A program made the translations under genes and the position numbers. A DNA stretch of 64,000 bases from a virus: positions 1 to 64,000 of IMG/VR virus record IMGVR_UViG_3300021185_002720; one strand, written 5' to 3'. Each line of letters opens with the position of its first letter. Positions within the stretch are counted from its first letter, which is position 1. The notes beneath the pieces are model-generated. The model was given only the letters and a program-made list of their open reading frames with translations. It did no database searches and had not been told where the DNA came from. Shown here piece by piece: positions 1 to 7,986 of this stretch.

Positions 1-431
1 ATGCGAATGGAAATGATACTGATATTGCTTTAGGAATACATGCAGGTGATCATGCTATTTATCCAGACTGTAGACAAGAGTTTAGAGATGCAGACGATAA
101 TGCCTTTAGATTAGGTAACTGGGAAGCTGATAAAGTAGGGTACTTTACTCCTTACTTAGATACAGACAAATTAGGAATCTTAAAAGATGGACAAAAACTC
201 ATTAAAGCATTGGAATTGGATTTTAACGAAGTATACAAAAGAACGAATACATCGTACAAACCATACCCATCAGGAAACTCTGACTACAAAAGCGCTTCAT
301 CAGTTGAACGTATTGAAGCATTCATTGATTTGGGTGTTAATGATCCCGTTCAATATGAAGACGAAACTGGACCAGTTGATTATGAAGTTGCGAAAACACA
401 TGTAGCAAAATTACTAGCGGAATATGCATAA
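1..431 (+). CDS. queC: 7-cyano-7-deazaguanine synthase QueC, 5'-truncated by the window edge
   Basis: Frame open from base 3: ...IALGIHAGDHAIYPDCRQEF...FTPYL...TNTSYKP...SSVERIEAF, matching the QueC YPDCR motif. ORF 210..431 is its C-terminal part. Confidence 0.9.
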   Translation, partial: ANGNDTDIALGIHAGDHAIYPDCRQEFRDADDNAFRLGNWEADKVGYFTPYLDTDKLGILKDGQKLIKALELDFNEVYKRTNTSYKPYPSGNSDYKSASSVERIEAFIDLGVNDPVQYEDETGPVDYEVAKTHVAKLLAEYA

Positions 432-570
432 TCGAGACCAATCAACCAATGGGAACACCCAGTTAAATTCTGAAAGATCAAATGTCAATCAGAGAATAAG
501 TAGATACGCTATGCTGGGTAGTTCTAAGAAAGCTAAGTGGGACGGAGTAAGAAGAAACCGCACTATTTAG
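424..570 (+). CDS. small hypothetical protein (48 aa)
   Basis: MHNRDQSTNGNTQLNSER...VRRNRTI; overlaps the queC stop; below the ORF-track cutoff. Confidence 0.5.
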   Translation: MHNRDQSTNGNTQLNSERSNVNQRISRYAMLGSSKKAKWDGVRRNRTI

Positions 571-576
571 TAGGTA

Positions 577-650
577 GGGGGATTAGCTCAGCTGGCTAGA
601 GCGCCTGCCTTGCACGCAGGAGGTCATCGGTTCGACTCCGATATTCTCCA
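577..650 (+). tRNA. tRNA-Ala (anticodon UGC)
   Basis: Cloverleaf GGGGGAT/ATTCTCC with G3:U70, D-arm GCTC/GAGC, anticodon arm CCTGC-CTTGCAC-GCAGG, T-loop GGTTCGACTCC; CCA not encoded. Confidence 0.97.
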
Positions 651-663
651 CAAAGACGTATGA

Positions 664-1317
664 ATGAGTATACTTATTATCACAACACCGAGAACAGGTT
701 CTACTGTGCTTACAACAGCATTAGCTAGAACGTTTAAATACAGACCTGTATATGAACCTTTTAACCCTATATGGAAAAGAGGTAAAAAGTTAAAAATTCT
801 ACCAATTGAAAAGGATTACAGTGATATTGATTTTGATAATATAGATCATAATTCCAAATTAGTAGTTAAATGTATGACTCATCAACATCCAGATAATTCT
901 GATACATTTGATTACTTTAGAGAATTTGCTAAGAAATTCAAACACGTAATTATTTTAGATAGAAGAAATGTTGAAGACCAAGCAACTAGCTACGCTATAG
1001 CAGCTGAAAGGACAGATAAAGAACACCTTAATCGTTTTGGTTCTCCATATAGTTCAGATTATCCTATCGACCCAGTATTAGTACATCATAAAATAAATTT
1101 CTATTTAAATGAAAAACCTAAATTAGAGCTTTTAGAACTAGATTTAGGAATTTATAGAGTTTGGTACGATGATTTATATAGTCATAATACGTCAAGAAGA
1201 GAAAATACTATTAAAAGAGCTTTAAATGGATTAGAATTTGATACTAGTTTGTATTTAAGTTACACTAATCCTAAAAGGAGGCTTAAACAAGATTCACAAA
1301 ATAGAAACTTAATATGA
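664..1317 (+). CDS. sulfotransferase-like P-loop protein
   Basis: N-terminal TTPRTGST (5'-PSB loop) followed by YEPFN; LDRRN...SY (3'-PB-like); WYDDL. Confidence 0.7.
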   Translation: MSILIITTPRTGSTVLTTALARTFKYRPVYEPFNPIWKRGKKLKILPIEKDYSDIDFDNIDHNSKLVVKCMTHQHPDNSDTFDYFREFAKKFKHVIILDRRNVEDQATSYAIAAERTDKEHLNRFGSPYSSDYPIDPVLVHHKINFYLNEKPKLELLELDLGIYRVWYDDLYSHNTSRRENTIKRALNGLEFDTSLYLSYTNPKRRLKQDSQNRNLI

Positions 1318-2972
1318 TTCAACTAGGTATATCAGCTTTTTATCACGATTCCGCTGCTTGTATAGTTGAAAACGGTAAAGTACTAGCGGCTGCTGAAGAA
1401 GAAAGATTTACAGAAATAAAACATGATAATTCTTTTCCTATAAACGCTATTAAATACTGTTTAGAAAGCACTCAGACAAGCATAGATGAAATAGCACAAG
1501 TATGCTGGTACGAAGATCCATCAATAAAAAAGAATAGGGTAGAGAAGATATTTAGCAAGCATCCAATAAAGACTTACTTTACTAAAAAGCGATTTAGAAA
1601 AGAGTTTGACAATAATAACCCAGAATTTTTACTCAAAGATTTAGGATATAAAGGGGAGATTACTTATACCCCTCATCATAAGTCTCATGCAGCATTTTCA
1701 TTTCTAACATCACCTTATAAAGCTGCTGATGTACTTGTAGTAGACGGAGTAGGAGAATGGGATACAGTAAGTTTTTGGAAAGCAAAAGGTAAAGAATTAG
1801 AACTTAAACATTCTTATAAATTTCCTAACTCATTAGGGATGTTTTACTCTACTATGACAGCTTTCTTAGGATTTAAACCAAATGAAGGAGAGTATAAAGT
1901 AATGGGATTAGCACCTTATGGTAATCCTGGTAAGTTTTACGATAAACTTGTGAATACGATTCAATTAGCAGGTTTTAGAGTAGACCAAAAATTCTATACT
2001 TGGGAATATACAGATAAAATAATGTTCAATTCCAAACTTGCTAAATTACTTGATTTACCCCCAAGATTACCAGAAGAAGAGTTTACTCAAGATCATAAAG
2101 ATTTAGCAGCAGCAACTCAAGCAGTATATGAATATTATTTTTTAGAGTTTGTTAATAAAATGAAGCTTATAGGTAAGAGTGATAACTTATGTATAGGTGG
2201 AGGATGTGCTTATAATGGTGTAGCAAATTACAAAGCATATAAACATTATAAAAATATATTTGTTCCTTACGCTCCTTCTGATGCTGGATCTGCTATCGGA
2301 GCTTGTTTATATAACTATAAAGGACCAAATAAAGAAAACATTTCTCCCTACTTAGGTAATAGCTATACAAAAGAGGAGTATGAAGACGCAATATTAGCTA
2401 ACGGAGATAAAGTAATCTACGTTGAATTTACAGAAGAAAAATTAATGAATAGAGTTGCTAAGTTATTAGTTTCTGATAAAATAGTTGCTTGGTTTCAAGA
2501 TCGTATGGAATTCGGTGCAAGAGCTTTAGGGAATAGGTCAATTTTAGCTTCTCCATTTAATGCTAAAATGAGAGAAAAGCTAAATTATGTTATAAAAAAA
2601 CGAGAAGGATTTAGACCATTTGCACCATCAGTACTTGAACAAGACGTAACTAAGTACTTTCTCGCTAAAGATGATATTCCGTATATGAACCAGGTAGTAA
2701 AAGTAAAAAATGCTTCTTTGAAAAGGTTCCCTGCCGCTACTCATATTGATGGAACTGCAAGAGTGCAATCAGTAAATAAGAAACAGAACGAAAGGTACTA
2801 TTTATTATTAGATGCATTTAAAAGGATTACAGGTCATGGAGTTTTACTCAATACTTCCTTTAATTTAAAAGACGAAACAATAACAAGAACTCCTAATCAA
2901 GCTATAGAAAGATTTTTAAATAGTGATATAGATTACTTAGTATTAGGAAACTATTTAGTATTAAAAAAATGA
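1314..2972 (+). CDS. carbamoyltransferase (NodU/CmcH family)
   Basis: LGISAFYHDSAA, EEERF, HHKSHAA, DGVGE, EYKVMGLAPYG, EFGARALGNRSILA, RPFAPS, NTSFN. Confidence 0.95.
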   Translation: MIQLGISAFYHDSAACIVENGKVLAAAEEERFTEIKHDNSFPINAIKYCLESTQTSIDEIAQVCWYEDPSIKKNRVEKIFSKHPIKTYFTKKRFRKEFDNNNPEFLLKDLGYKGEITYTPHHKSHAAFSFLTSPYKAADVLVVDGVGEWDTVSFWKAKGKELELKHSYKFPNSLGMFYSTMTAFLGFKPNEGEYKVMGLAPYGNPGKFYDKLVNTIQLAGFRVDQKFYTWEYTDKIMFNSKLAKLLDLPPRLPEEEFTQDHKDLAAATQAVYEYYFLEFVNKMKLIGKSDNLCIGGGCAYNGVANYKAYKHYKNIFVPYAPSDAGSAIGACLYNYKGPNKENISPYLGNSYTKEEYEDAILANGDKVIYVEFTEEKLMNRVAKLLVSDKIVAWFQDRMEFGARALGNRSILASPFNAKMREKLNYVIKKREGFRPFAPSVLEQDVTKYFLAKDDIPYMNQVVKVKNASLKRFPAATHIDGTARVQSVNKKQNERYYLLLDAFKRITGHGVLLNTSFNLKDETITRTPNQAIERFLNSDIDYLVLGNYLVLKK

Positions 2973-3085
2973 GATTATTCAACTACTTAAAGAACTTGTA
3001 CGTAAACTACAAAAAAAATAAACTTTATCAAAAAAAAATAAAGGAGTTGAAAAAAAGAGATCCGTTTAGTTATAAGAATTTCTAG
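2969..3085 (+). CDS. small basic protein (38 aa) ending KKRDPFSYKNF
   Basis: ATGA overlap with the carbamoyltransferase stop; MRLFNYLKNLYVNYKKNKLYQKKIKELKKRDPFSYKNF. Confidence 0.55.
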   Translation: MRLFNYLKNLYVNYKKNKLYQKKIKELKKRDPFSYKNF

Positions 3086-3088
3086 GAC

Positions 3089-3096
3089 TATTTATA
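3089..3096 (+). promoter_or_regulatory. TATTTATA box (putative late-type promoter)
   Basis: The same octamer recurs in intergenic gaps at 16088, 20159, 24333, 26533, 32842, 37202, 41574, 52833, 54846 (TATTTATT at 27209, 59315). Confidence 0.55.
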
Positions 3097-3111
3097 TAAT
3101 ATACTCTTACT

Positions 3112-4302
3112 ATGGCGAATTTTACGGACTCGAGAATAAATCAAACCTACCAACGAATTGTACAGGTAGACGGCGCAGTTATACAAGACGGTAAAGGAAA
3201 TGTACTTTCCGGATCAATGGGAGATCTTACAGTTAGTGGATCTTTAAACATTATAGGTCATACTAACGTTTCTGCATCACTTAGTAGATTAGATCACTTT
3301 AGTTCTTCCATAGACGATACATTTGCTACTGACGCCGATGTAACAGCAGTATCTTCAAGAGTAACTAATTTAGAAAACTTTTCTAGTTCGTTAGATGCTA
3401 CTTATGCTACTGACGCTCAATTAGATTTAGTTTCAAGTTCATTAGCTACAGAGACAGCACAACTTTTAAACTTTAGTGCTTCGTTAGATGCTACATTTGC
3501 AACAGATGCTCAATTAACAACAGCAGTAGAAGCTCTTAATGCATCAACTAGTTCTTTAGCACATAAAAATGCAATATCAGGAGCATTTGATATAACCTCA
3601 GCTTCTTTAGCAAACCAGATAGCTTCTTTAGATAGTGAATATGCATCAGATACACAATTAACAAGCTTATCATCTTCAGCAGCTGATACCTACTTATCTA
3701 AAGCAGGAAAAATTATTATAAGTAGTAGTGTTCAACTATTTAATGTTTGTGACCCTAGATACGGTTTTGACCCTTATGATGCTAGATATGCAAATAGCGG
3801 TTCTTACACAGCATTAAGTGGATCATTTTTACAATTAAGCGCATCACTTCAATCAGATTATGTTCTTAGTAGTTCTTTTGCTTTATTAAGTTCTTCTTTA
3901 CAAGATGACTTTTTAGGAGAAGTAGAATGGCAAATAGCATCAGCTTCATTAAGGAATGATATCTCTTATGATTCTTCTAGAGTAAGTTTATTAGAAAGTA
4001 AGAACTTAATTAGTAGTAGTACGCAAATATTTGATATAGCAGATTCTAGGTATGGGTTTATTCCTTATGATGCTAGGTATGCTAATATAAACAGTATTAC
4101 TGGATCATTTGCTTTAGAAGCTGCTAAAATAACAGCTTTACAATCAGTTGTTAGCGCTTCAGCTTTAATTAATTTAACTCCTAGTAACCCATTACCAAGT
4201 AATGTAAGTACAGGATCATTAGCTGTTACTGGAAGCACTTTAGCTTTCTATGACGGTAATAATTGGAAAGTAGTAATAACAGGATCAACTTTACCTTTAT
4301 AA
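3112..4302 (+). CDS. Ser/Ala-rich repetitive protein, probably virion fibre/structural
   Basis: Repeats FSSSLDATYATDAQL (3-4 copies) and ISSSxQxFxxxDxRYGFxPYDARYAN (2 copies); C-terminal LAFYDGNNWK typical of fibre ends; preceded by a TATTTATA box. Confidence 0.55.
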   Translation: MANFTDSRINQTYQRIVQVDGAVIQDGKGNVLSGSMGDLTVSGSLNIIGHTNVSASLSRLDHFSSSIDDTFATDADVTAVSSRVTNLENFSSSLDATYATDAQLDLVSSSLATETAQLLNFSASLDATFATDAQLTTAVEALNASTSSLAHKNAISGAFDITSASLANQIASLDSEYASDTQLTSLSSSAADTYLSKAGKIIISSSVQLFNVCDPRYGFDPYDARYANSGSYTALSGSFLQLSASLQSDYVLSSSFALLSSSLQDDFLGEVEWQIASASLRNDISYDSSRVSLLESKNLISSSTQIFDIADSRYGFIPYDARYANINSITGSFALEAAKITALQSVVSASALINLTPSNPLPSNVSTGSLAVTGSTLAFYDGNNWKVVITGSTLPL

Positions 4303-4336
4303 AGTTGCTTCTTAAATAAATTATTCTTATATTAGA
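4303..4336 (+). promoter_or_regulatory. Bacteroidota sigma-A-like promoter GTTG-N17-TCTTATATT
   Basis: AGTTGCTTCTTAAATAAATTATTCTTATATTAG; one of 14 copies with near-constant spacing, resembling the -33 TTTG / -7 TAnnTTTG consensus. Confidence 0.75.
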
Positions 4337-4349
4337 TATATATGACTAT

Positions 4350-4377
4350 AGTGTCGTAGCACCACTTTAAAAACACG
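4350..4377 (+). ncRNA. preQ1-I riboswitch-like aptamer upstream of the ORF4381-queD-queE unit
   Basis: AGTG-TCGTAGCAC-CACT-TTAAAAACACG: 4-bp stem, UCGUAG..AC loop, A-rich tail ending 3 nt before the ATG; resembles the T. tengcongensis preQ1-I aptamer; covarying copy at 6766. Confidence 0.75.
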
Positions 4378-4380
4378 AAT

Positions 4381-4623
4381 ATGGCAAAATTAGAAAAAAA
4401 GGTTATGGAAGAACTCTATAATAGAGACGAAAGAGAGAATACCTCTTCTCTTGAGATTAATGGTCAGAAAGTACCAGATCCAAAATTACACCAAACAATT
4501 TCATTTATTAAATCAGCTATTAGACTAGGAGCATGCGCTTTTGGTTTTTTTGGTTTTTATGAGATTGGCTTTATCAGTTTATTTTTAGCTGAAATAGTTG
4601 GAATAGGGGAAGAATTAGTTTAA
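4381..4623 (+). CDS. small membrane protein (C-terminal hydrophobic hairpin)
   Basis: ...PDPKLHQTISFIKSAIRLGACAFGFFGFYEIGFISLFLAEIVGIGEELV; first gene after the aptamer. Confidence 0.75.
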   Translation: MAKLEKKVMEELYNRDERENTSSLEINGQKVPDPKLHQTISFIKSAIRLGACAFGFFGFYEIGFISLFLAEIVGIGEELV

Positions 4624-4632
4624 ATTAAAGTT

Positions 4633-5103
4633 ATGGGAAAATTTCAATCAACAAAAGTATTTGACGGTTTTAGTACCTGTTTCCGTCAATGGAAAGCAGA
4701 AACTACTCATTGTAGGTTTCTACACGGCTATGGAGTCTCTTTTAAATTATGGTTTGAAGGAGAATTAGATCATAGAAACTGGGTATGGGACTTTGGCGGT
4801 ATGAAAAGAGCTCAAGCAAAAATAGACGGTATGTCACCTAAAGCTTGGTTCGATTATATGTTTGACCATACAGTTATTATCGCTAAAGATGATCCACAAT
4901 TAGCAGGATACTTTACTAAATTAGAAAGAAACGGAACTATCCAACTTAGAGTTATAGATGCAGTTGGAGCTGAAAAGTTCGCTGAGTTTCTGTATAATAA
5001 AATTAATCCATTTTTGGAAGAAGAAACAAAAGGTAGAGTAAAATTATCTAAAGTAGAATTCAGAGAACACGGTAAAAATTCAGCAATATATGAGCCTAGG
5101 TAG
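4633..5103 (+). CDS. queD: 6-carboxy-5,6,7,8-tetrahydropterin synthase QueD
   Basis: HCRFLHGY, WVWDFG, FDHT, GAEKFAE, E-x(4)-SA; T-fold PTPS family, adjacent to queE. Confidence 0.9.
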   Translation: MGKFQSTKVFDGFSTCFRQWKAETTHCRFLHGYGVSFKLWFEGELDHRNWVWDFGGMKRAQAKIDGMSPKAWFDYMFDHTVIIAKDDPQLAGYFTKLERNGTIQLRVIDAVGAEKFAEFLYNKINPFLEEETKGRVKLSKVEFREHGKNSAIYEPR

Positions 5104-5869
5104 AATAGAAGATTACGATAAAAACTTACCAATAGTAGAAATCTATACTGCTGTTCAATCTGAAGGTTCTAGAGCAGGGTATCCTACTGTAGTTATTAGA
5201 ACTACTGGGTGTACTCATAGGTGTTACTTTGGAGAAGGAGGATGGTGTGATAGCTGGTATACTTCTATACATCCAGAAAAAGGTAAGTTTACTTTTAACG
5301 ATATTATTAAAGCATATGATGATAATCCTCATATATCAGAAATGATGTTAACTGGAGGTAGCCCGTCAATGCATAAAAAGCTTGTTAACGAATTAACACA
5401 TTTAGCAAATGAAAGGAATATTTTCATTACTATGGAAAACGAAGGAAGCCATTTCCTCCCTACTGATTATCCTATCAATTTACTTAGTATTTCTCCTAAA
5501 TTTAGCAATAGCGTTCCCGTTCTGGGTGTTGTTACTCCTGAAGGAAAAATTACAGACGAGAAAATGATAAAGCAGCATAATAAGTTTAGACTTAATTACC
5601 CTGCTATAAAAGAAAGTATTGCATACCATTCAGATTTTCATTTAAAACCTGTATGGGATGGAAAAGACGAAAAAGCATTAGCAGAAATTATGGATTGTAT
5701 CGAGCAGTTAGATGCTCCTAAAGATAAGGTATGGTTTATGCCTGCTGGTGATGATAGAGAGTCATTATTTAAATCTTATCCAGTTATGTTTGATTGGGTT
5801 AGAGATAATGGTTATAGATTAACTTGGAGACCGCATATTATTGCGTTTGAAGATCAAAGAGAAGTTTAA
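5090..5869 (+). CDS. queE: 7-carboxy-7-deazaguanine synthase QueE (radical SAM)
   Basis: [10 protein letters not shown]...[40 protein letters not shown]. Confidence 0.92.
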   Translation: MSLGRIEDYDKNLPIVEIYTAVQSEGSRAGYPTVVIRTTGCTHRCYFGEGGWCDSWYTSIHPEKGKFTFNDIIKAYDDNPHISEMMLTGGSPSMHKKLVNELTHLANERNIFITMENEGSHFLPTDYPINLLSISPKFSNSVPVLGVVTPEGKITDEKMIKQHNKFRLNYPAIKESIAYHSDFHLKPVWDGKDEKALAEIMDCIEQLDAPKDKVWFMPAGDDRESLFKSYPVMFDWVRDNGYRLTWRPHIIAFEDQREV

Positions 5870-6177
5870 TGAGTTTTATAATTGGATCACCTTGTGTTAG
5901 TACTTGCGATACAGCCTGTGTAGCAGTATGTCCTGTAGATTGTATACATGGACCTATAGACATTACAGGAGCAGGTGCAGAAGTAGCAAATATGTCTAAA
6001 GAAGAACTTGTTGGAAAAAGCTTGTATATAAACCCTGAAGAATGTATTGATTGTGGAGCTTGTGTTCCGGAATGCCCAGTAGAAGCAATATTCGATAGTG
6101 AAGAAGAAGCGATTGAAGCAGGAGAAAAAGAAGCAGTTATTAATAATTATAAATTTTTTGGATTAAATTATGAATGA
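5869..6177 (+). CDS. 4Fe-4S dicluster ferredoxin
   Basis: [18 protein letters not shown] and [21 protein letters not shown]. Confidence 0.93.
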   Translation: MSFIIGSPCVSTCDTACVAVCPVDCIHGPIDITGAGAEVANMSKEELVGKSLYINPEECIDCGACVPECPVEAIFDSEEEAIEAGEKEAVINNYKFFGLNYE

Positions 6178-6343
6178 GATAGAATTTGTACAGTGGTTAA
6201 GAGGATTTGCAGAAGGAGTACACCATTACAATATTACCCCTAAACAATGGGATCATATGAAAGAGGTTTTGAAAAAGGTAGGGACGTCTTCATCAGCAGA
6301 TTATACTACCGGTAATTGGACCTTAAATCACACATGGGAGTAA
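6170..6343 (+). CDS. small hypothetical protein (57 aa)
   Basis: [34 protein letters not shown]...; fills the gap with overlaps at both ends. Confidence 0.65.
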   Translation: MNEIEFVQWLRGFAEGVHHYNITPKQWDHMKEVLKKVGTSSSADYTTGNWTLNHTWE

Positions 6344-6738
6344 AAAAAGTTTATTATAGTTGGGAGGATGTTTATAAACTCCTCGATAACATTCACGCAC
6401 AAACAAAAGGAGAAATAGATTACGTAACAGGAATTCCTAGAGGAGGTACTATCTTAGCAATAATGTATTCACATCGTTTTGATATTCCTTACTTTGAATA
6501 TAAAAGTAATCACTACCCTAGATTGTTAATTATAGATGATATAGCAGATAGTGGAGAGACAATATTAAAATGGAGAGAAGAAATGTTTAATCCTAAGTTT
6601 GCTACTCTACATTACAAAACATCCTCGAAAGCAAAACCAGAATATTTCGCAAAAGAGATACCTGATGATTACGGTTGGGTTGTTTACCCTTGGGAAAAAG
6701 AAACTTCCAAAACTATTCAAGATTATTTGGATGTTTAA
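6334..6738 (+). CDS. purine phosphoribosyltransferase (Gpt/xanthine-guanine PRTase-like)
   Basis: YYSWEDV, GIPRGG, LLIIDDIADSGET (PRPP loop), WVVYPWE; ATG at 6334. Confidence 0.85.
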   Translation: MGVKKVYYSWEDVYKLLDNIHAQTKGEIDYVTGIPRGGTILAIMYSHRFDIPYFEYKSNHYPRLLIIDDIADSGETILKWREEMFNPKFATLHYKTSSKAKPEYFAKEIPDDYGWVVYPWEKETSKTIQDYLDV

Positions 6739-6757
6739 AATAAATTTCTTATCTTTA
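6726..6757 (+). promoter_or_regulatory. Bacteroidota-type promoter upstream of folE
   Basis: TTTG-N17-TCTTATCTTT with the same spacing as the other copies. Confidence 0.7.
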
Positions 6758-6765
6758 ATTAAGAA

Positions 6766-6793
6766 TGAGTCGTAGAACCTCAGTAAAAACAAA
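6766..6793 (+). ncRNA. preQ1-I riboswitch-like aptamer upstream of folE
   Basis: TGAG-TCGTAGAAC-CTCA-GTAAAAACAAA; same loop and tail as 4350-4377 with compensatory stem changes; 9 nt before the folE ATG. Confidence 0.78.
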
Positions 6794-6802
6794 TTATATA
6801 TT

Positions 6803-7516
6803 ATGCCTAAAAAGTTTATAGAAGGAACAGAATTAGTAAGAGCCGGATTCGCTAACGGTATTTCAACTCAACTAGCGGAAAAACAAAAGACAGAAGGACC
6901 AGAAGCTAGACTTACTGATCATGAAAAGCAAGTTATTATAGAAAGAGCAGCAGAAGCATATGCAAACTTTTTAACTGCATTAGGATGTGACTATAAAGAC
7001 GATCCTAACTCTGCAGATACTCCTTTCAGAGTAGCTAAAGCTTATGTTAATGATTTATGGGCTGGAAGATATAGCCCTTTAGACCGTATTACAGCATTTC
7101 CTTCTGATGGATATGATGGTATAGTACAAGAGAGTAACATACCAGTAACGTCTATGTGTTCGCATCACCATCAAGCTATTAGAGGTACAGTAAGTATAGC
7201 TTATATAGCATCAGAAGATGGTAAGGTAGTAGGGTTATCTAAACTAAATAGAATAGTAGAGCAATTCGGTAGAAGAGGAGCTATTCAAGAGCAGTTAACT
7301 GTTGCTATTCATAATGCAGTAGATAAGATATGCGAAGGTAATTTAGGAGTTGCTGTTCAGGTTAATGCAACTCATGCATGTGTATCATGTAGAGGTGTAA
7401 AGCATGGAGGAGCTTCTATGCAGACAGCTAAACTTACTGGAGCCTTTCTAAACGAAGATTCAGCAAAAGCAGAGTTTTACAAAAATATAGAATTAGCAGA
7501 GAAATGCAGTCATTAG
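6803..7516 (+). CDS. folE: GTP cyclohydrolase I
   Basis: DTPFRVAKAY, SMCSHH, VVGLSKLNR, RRGAIQEQLT, HACVSCRGV. Confidence 0.96.
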   Translation: MPKKFIEGTELVRAGFANGISTQLAEKQKTEGPEARLTDHEKQVIIERAAEAYANFLTALGCDYKDDPNSADTPFRVAKAYVNDLWAGRYSPLDRITAFPSDGYDGIVQESNIPVTSMCSHHHQAIRGTVSIAYIASEDGKVVGLSKLNRIVEQFGRRGAIQEQLTVAIHNAVDKICEGNLGVAVQVNATHACVSCRGVKHGGASMQTAKLTGAFLNEDSAKAEFYKNIELAEKCSH

Positions 7517-7986
7517 AACACGACGAAAGACCTTGGGGTTGTTACGATGTATTATTAGATACTGACTATACTAAAGTTAAGTTAATATCTGTATCTCCTG
7601 GTGAAAGATTATCCTACCAGTCTCATAAACATAGAAAAGAGCAATGGATATTAGTCAAAGGAGTTCTAACAGTTATTAGAGAAGGAGAAGAACATACATT
7701 AGATCACCCTGGTGATTCCATCACTATCCCTAGAGGGAATAAACATAGAGCATGGAATAAGACAGATAAAATTGCACAGTTTGTAGAAGTACAAATTGGA
7801 ACTTATTTCGGAGAAGATGATATAGTTAGATATGAAGATGATTATATGAGATCAGATGAAGTACAGGAGTTTTTAGAATTTGTAGATAAACCAGGCCCTT
7901 GGCCGGAAGAAGATGATAAAATCCATACTATTGGAGGTTTATCAATGCCGAAAGAAAACACAAATAAATTAAATAAAAATGGGTAA
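7504..7986 (+). CDS. cupin, mannose-6-phosphate isomerase type II C-terminal-like
   Basis: ERPWG, LSYQSHKHRKEQW, KHRAWN, EVQIGTYFGEDDIVRYED. Confidence 0.88.
   Translation: MQSLEHDERPWGCYDVLLDTDYTKVKLISVSPGERLSYQSHKHRKEQWILVKGVLTVIREGEEHTLDHPGDSITIPRGNKHRAWNKTDKIAQFVEVQIGTYFGEDDIVRYEDDYMRSDEVQEFLEFVDKPGPWPEEDDKIHTIGGLSMPKENTNKLNKNG

Noticed and set aside
187-405. ORF 187..405, and ORF 210..431 as a stand-alone gene
   Set aside because: 187..405 is an off-frame shadow; 210..431 is the C-terminus of queC, whose frame is open from the window start.
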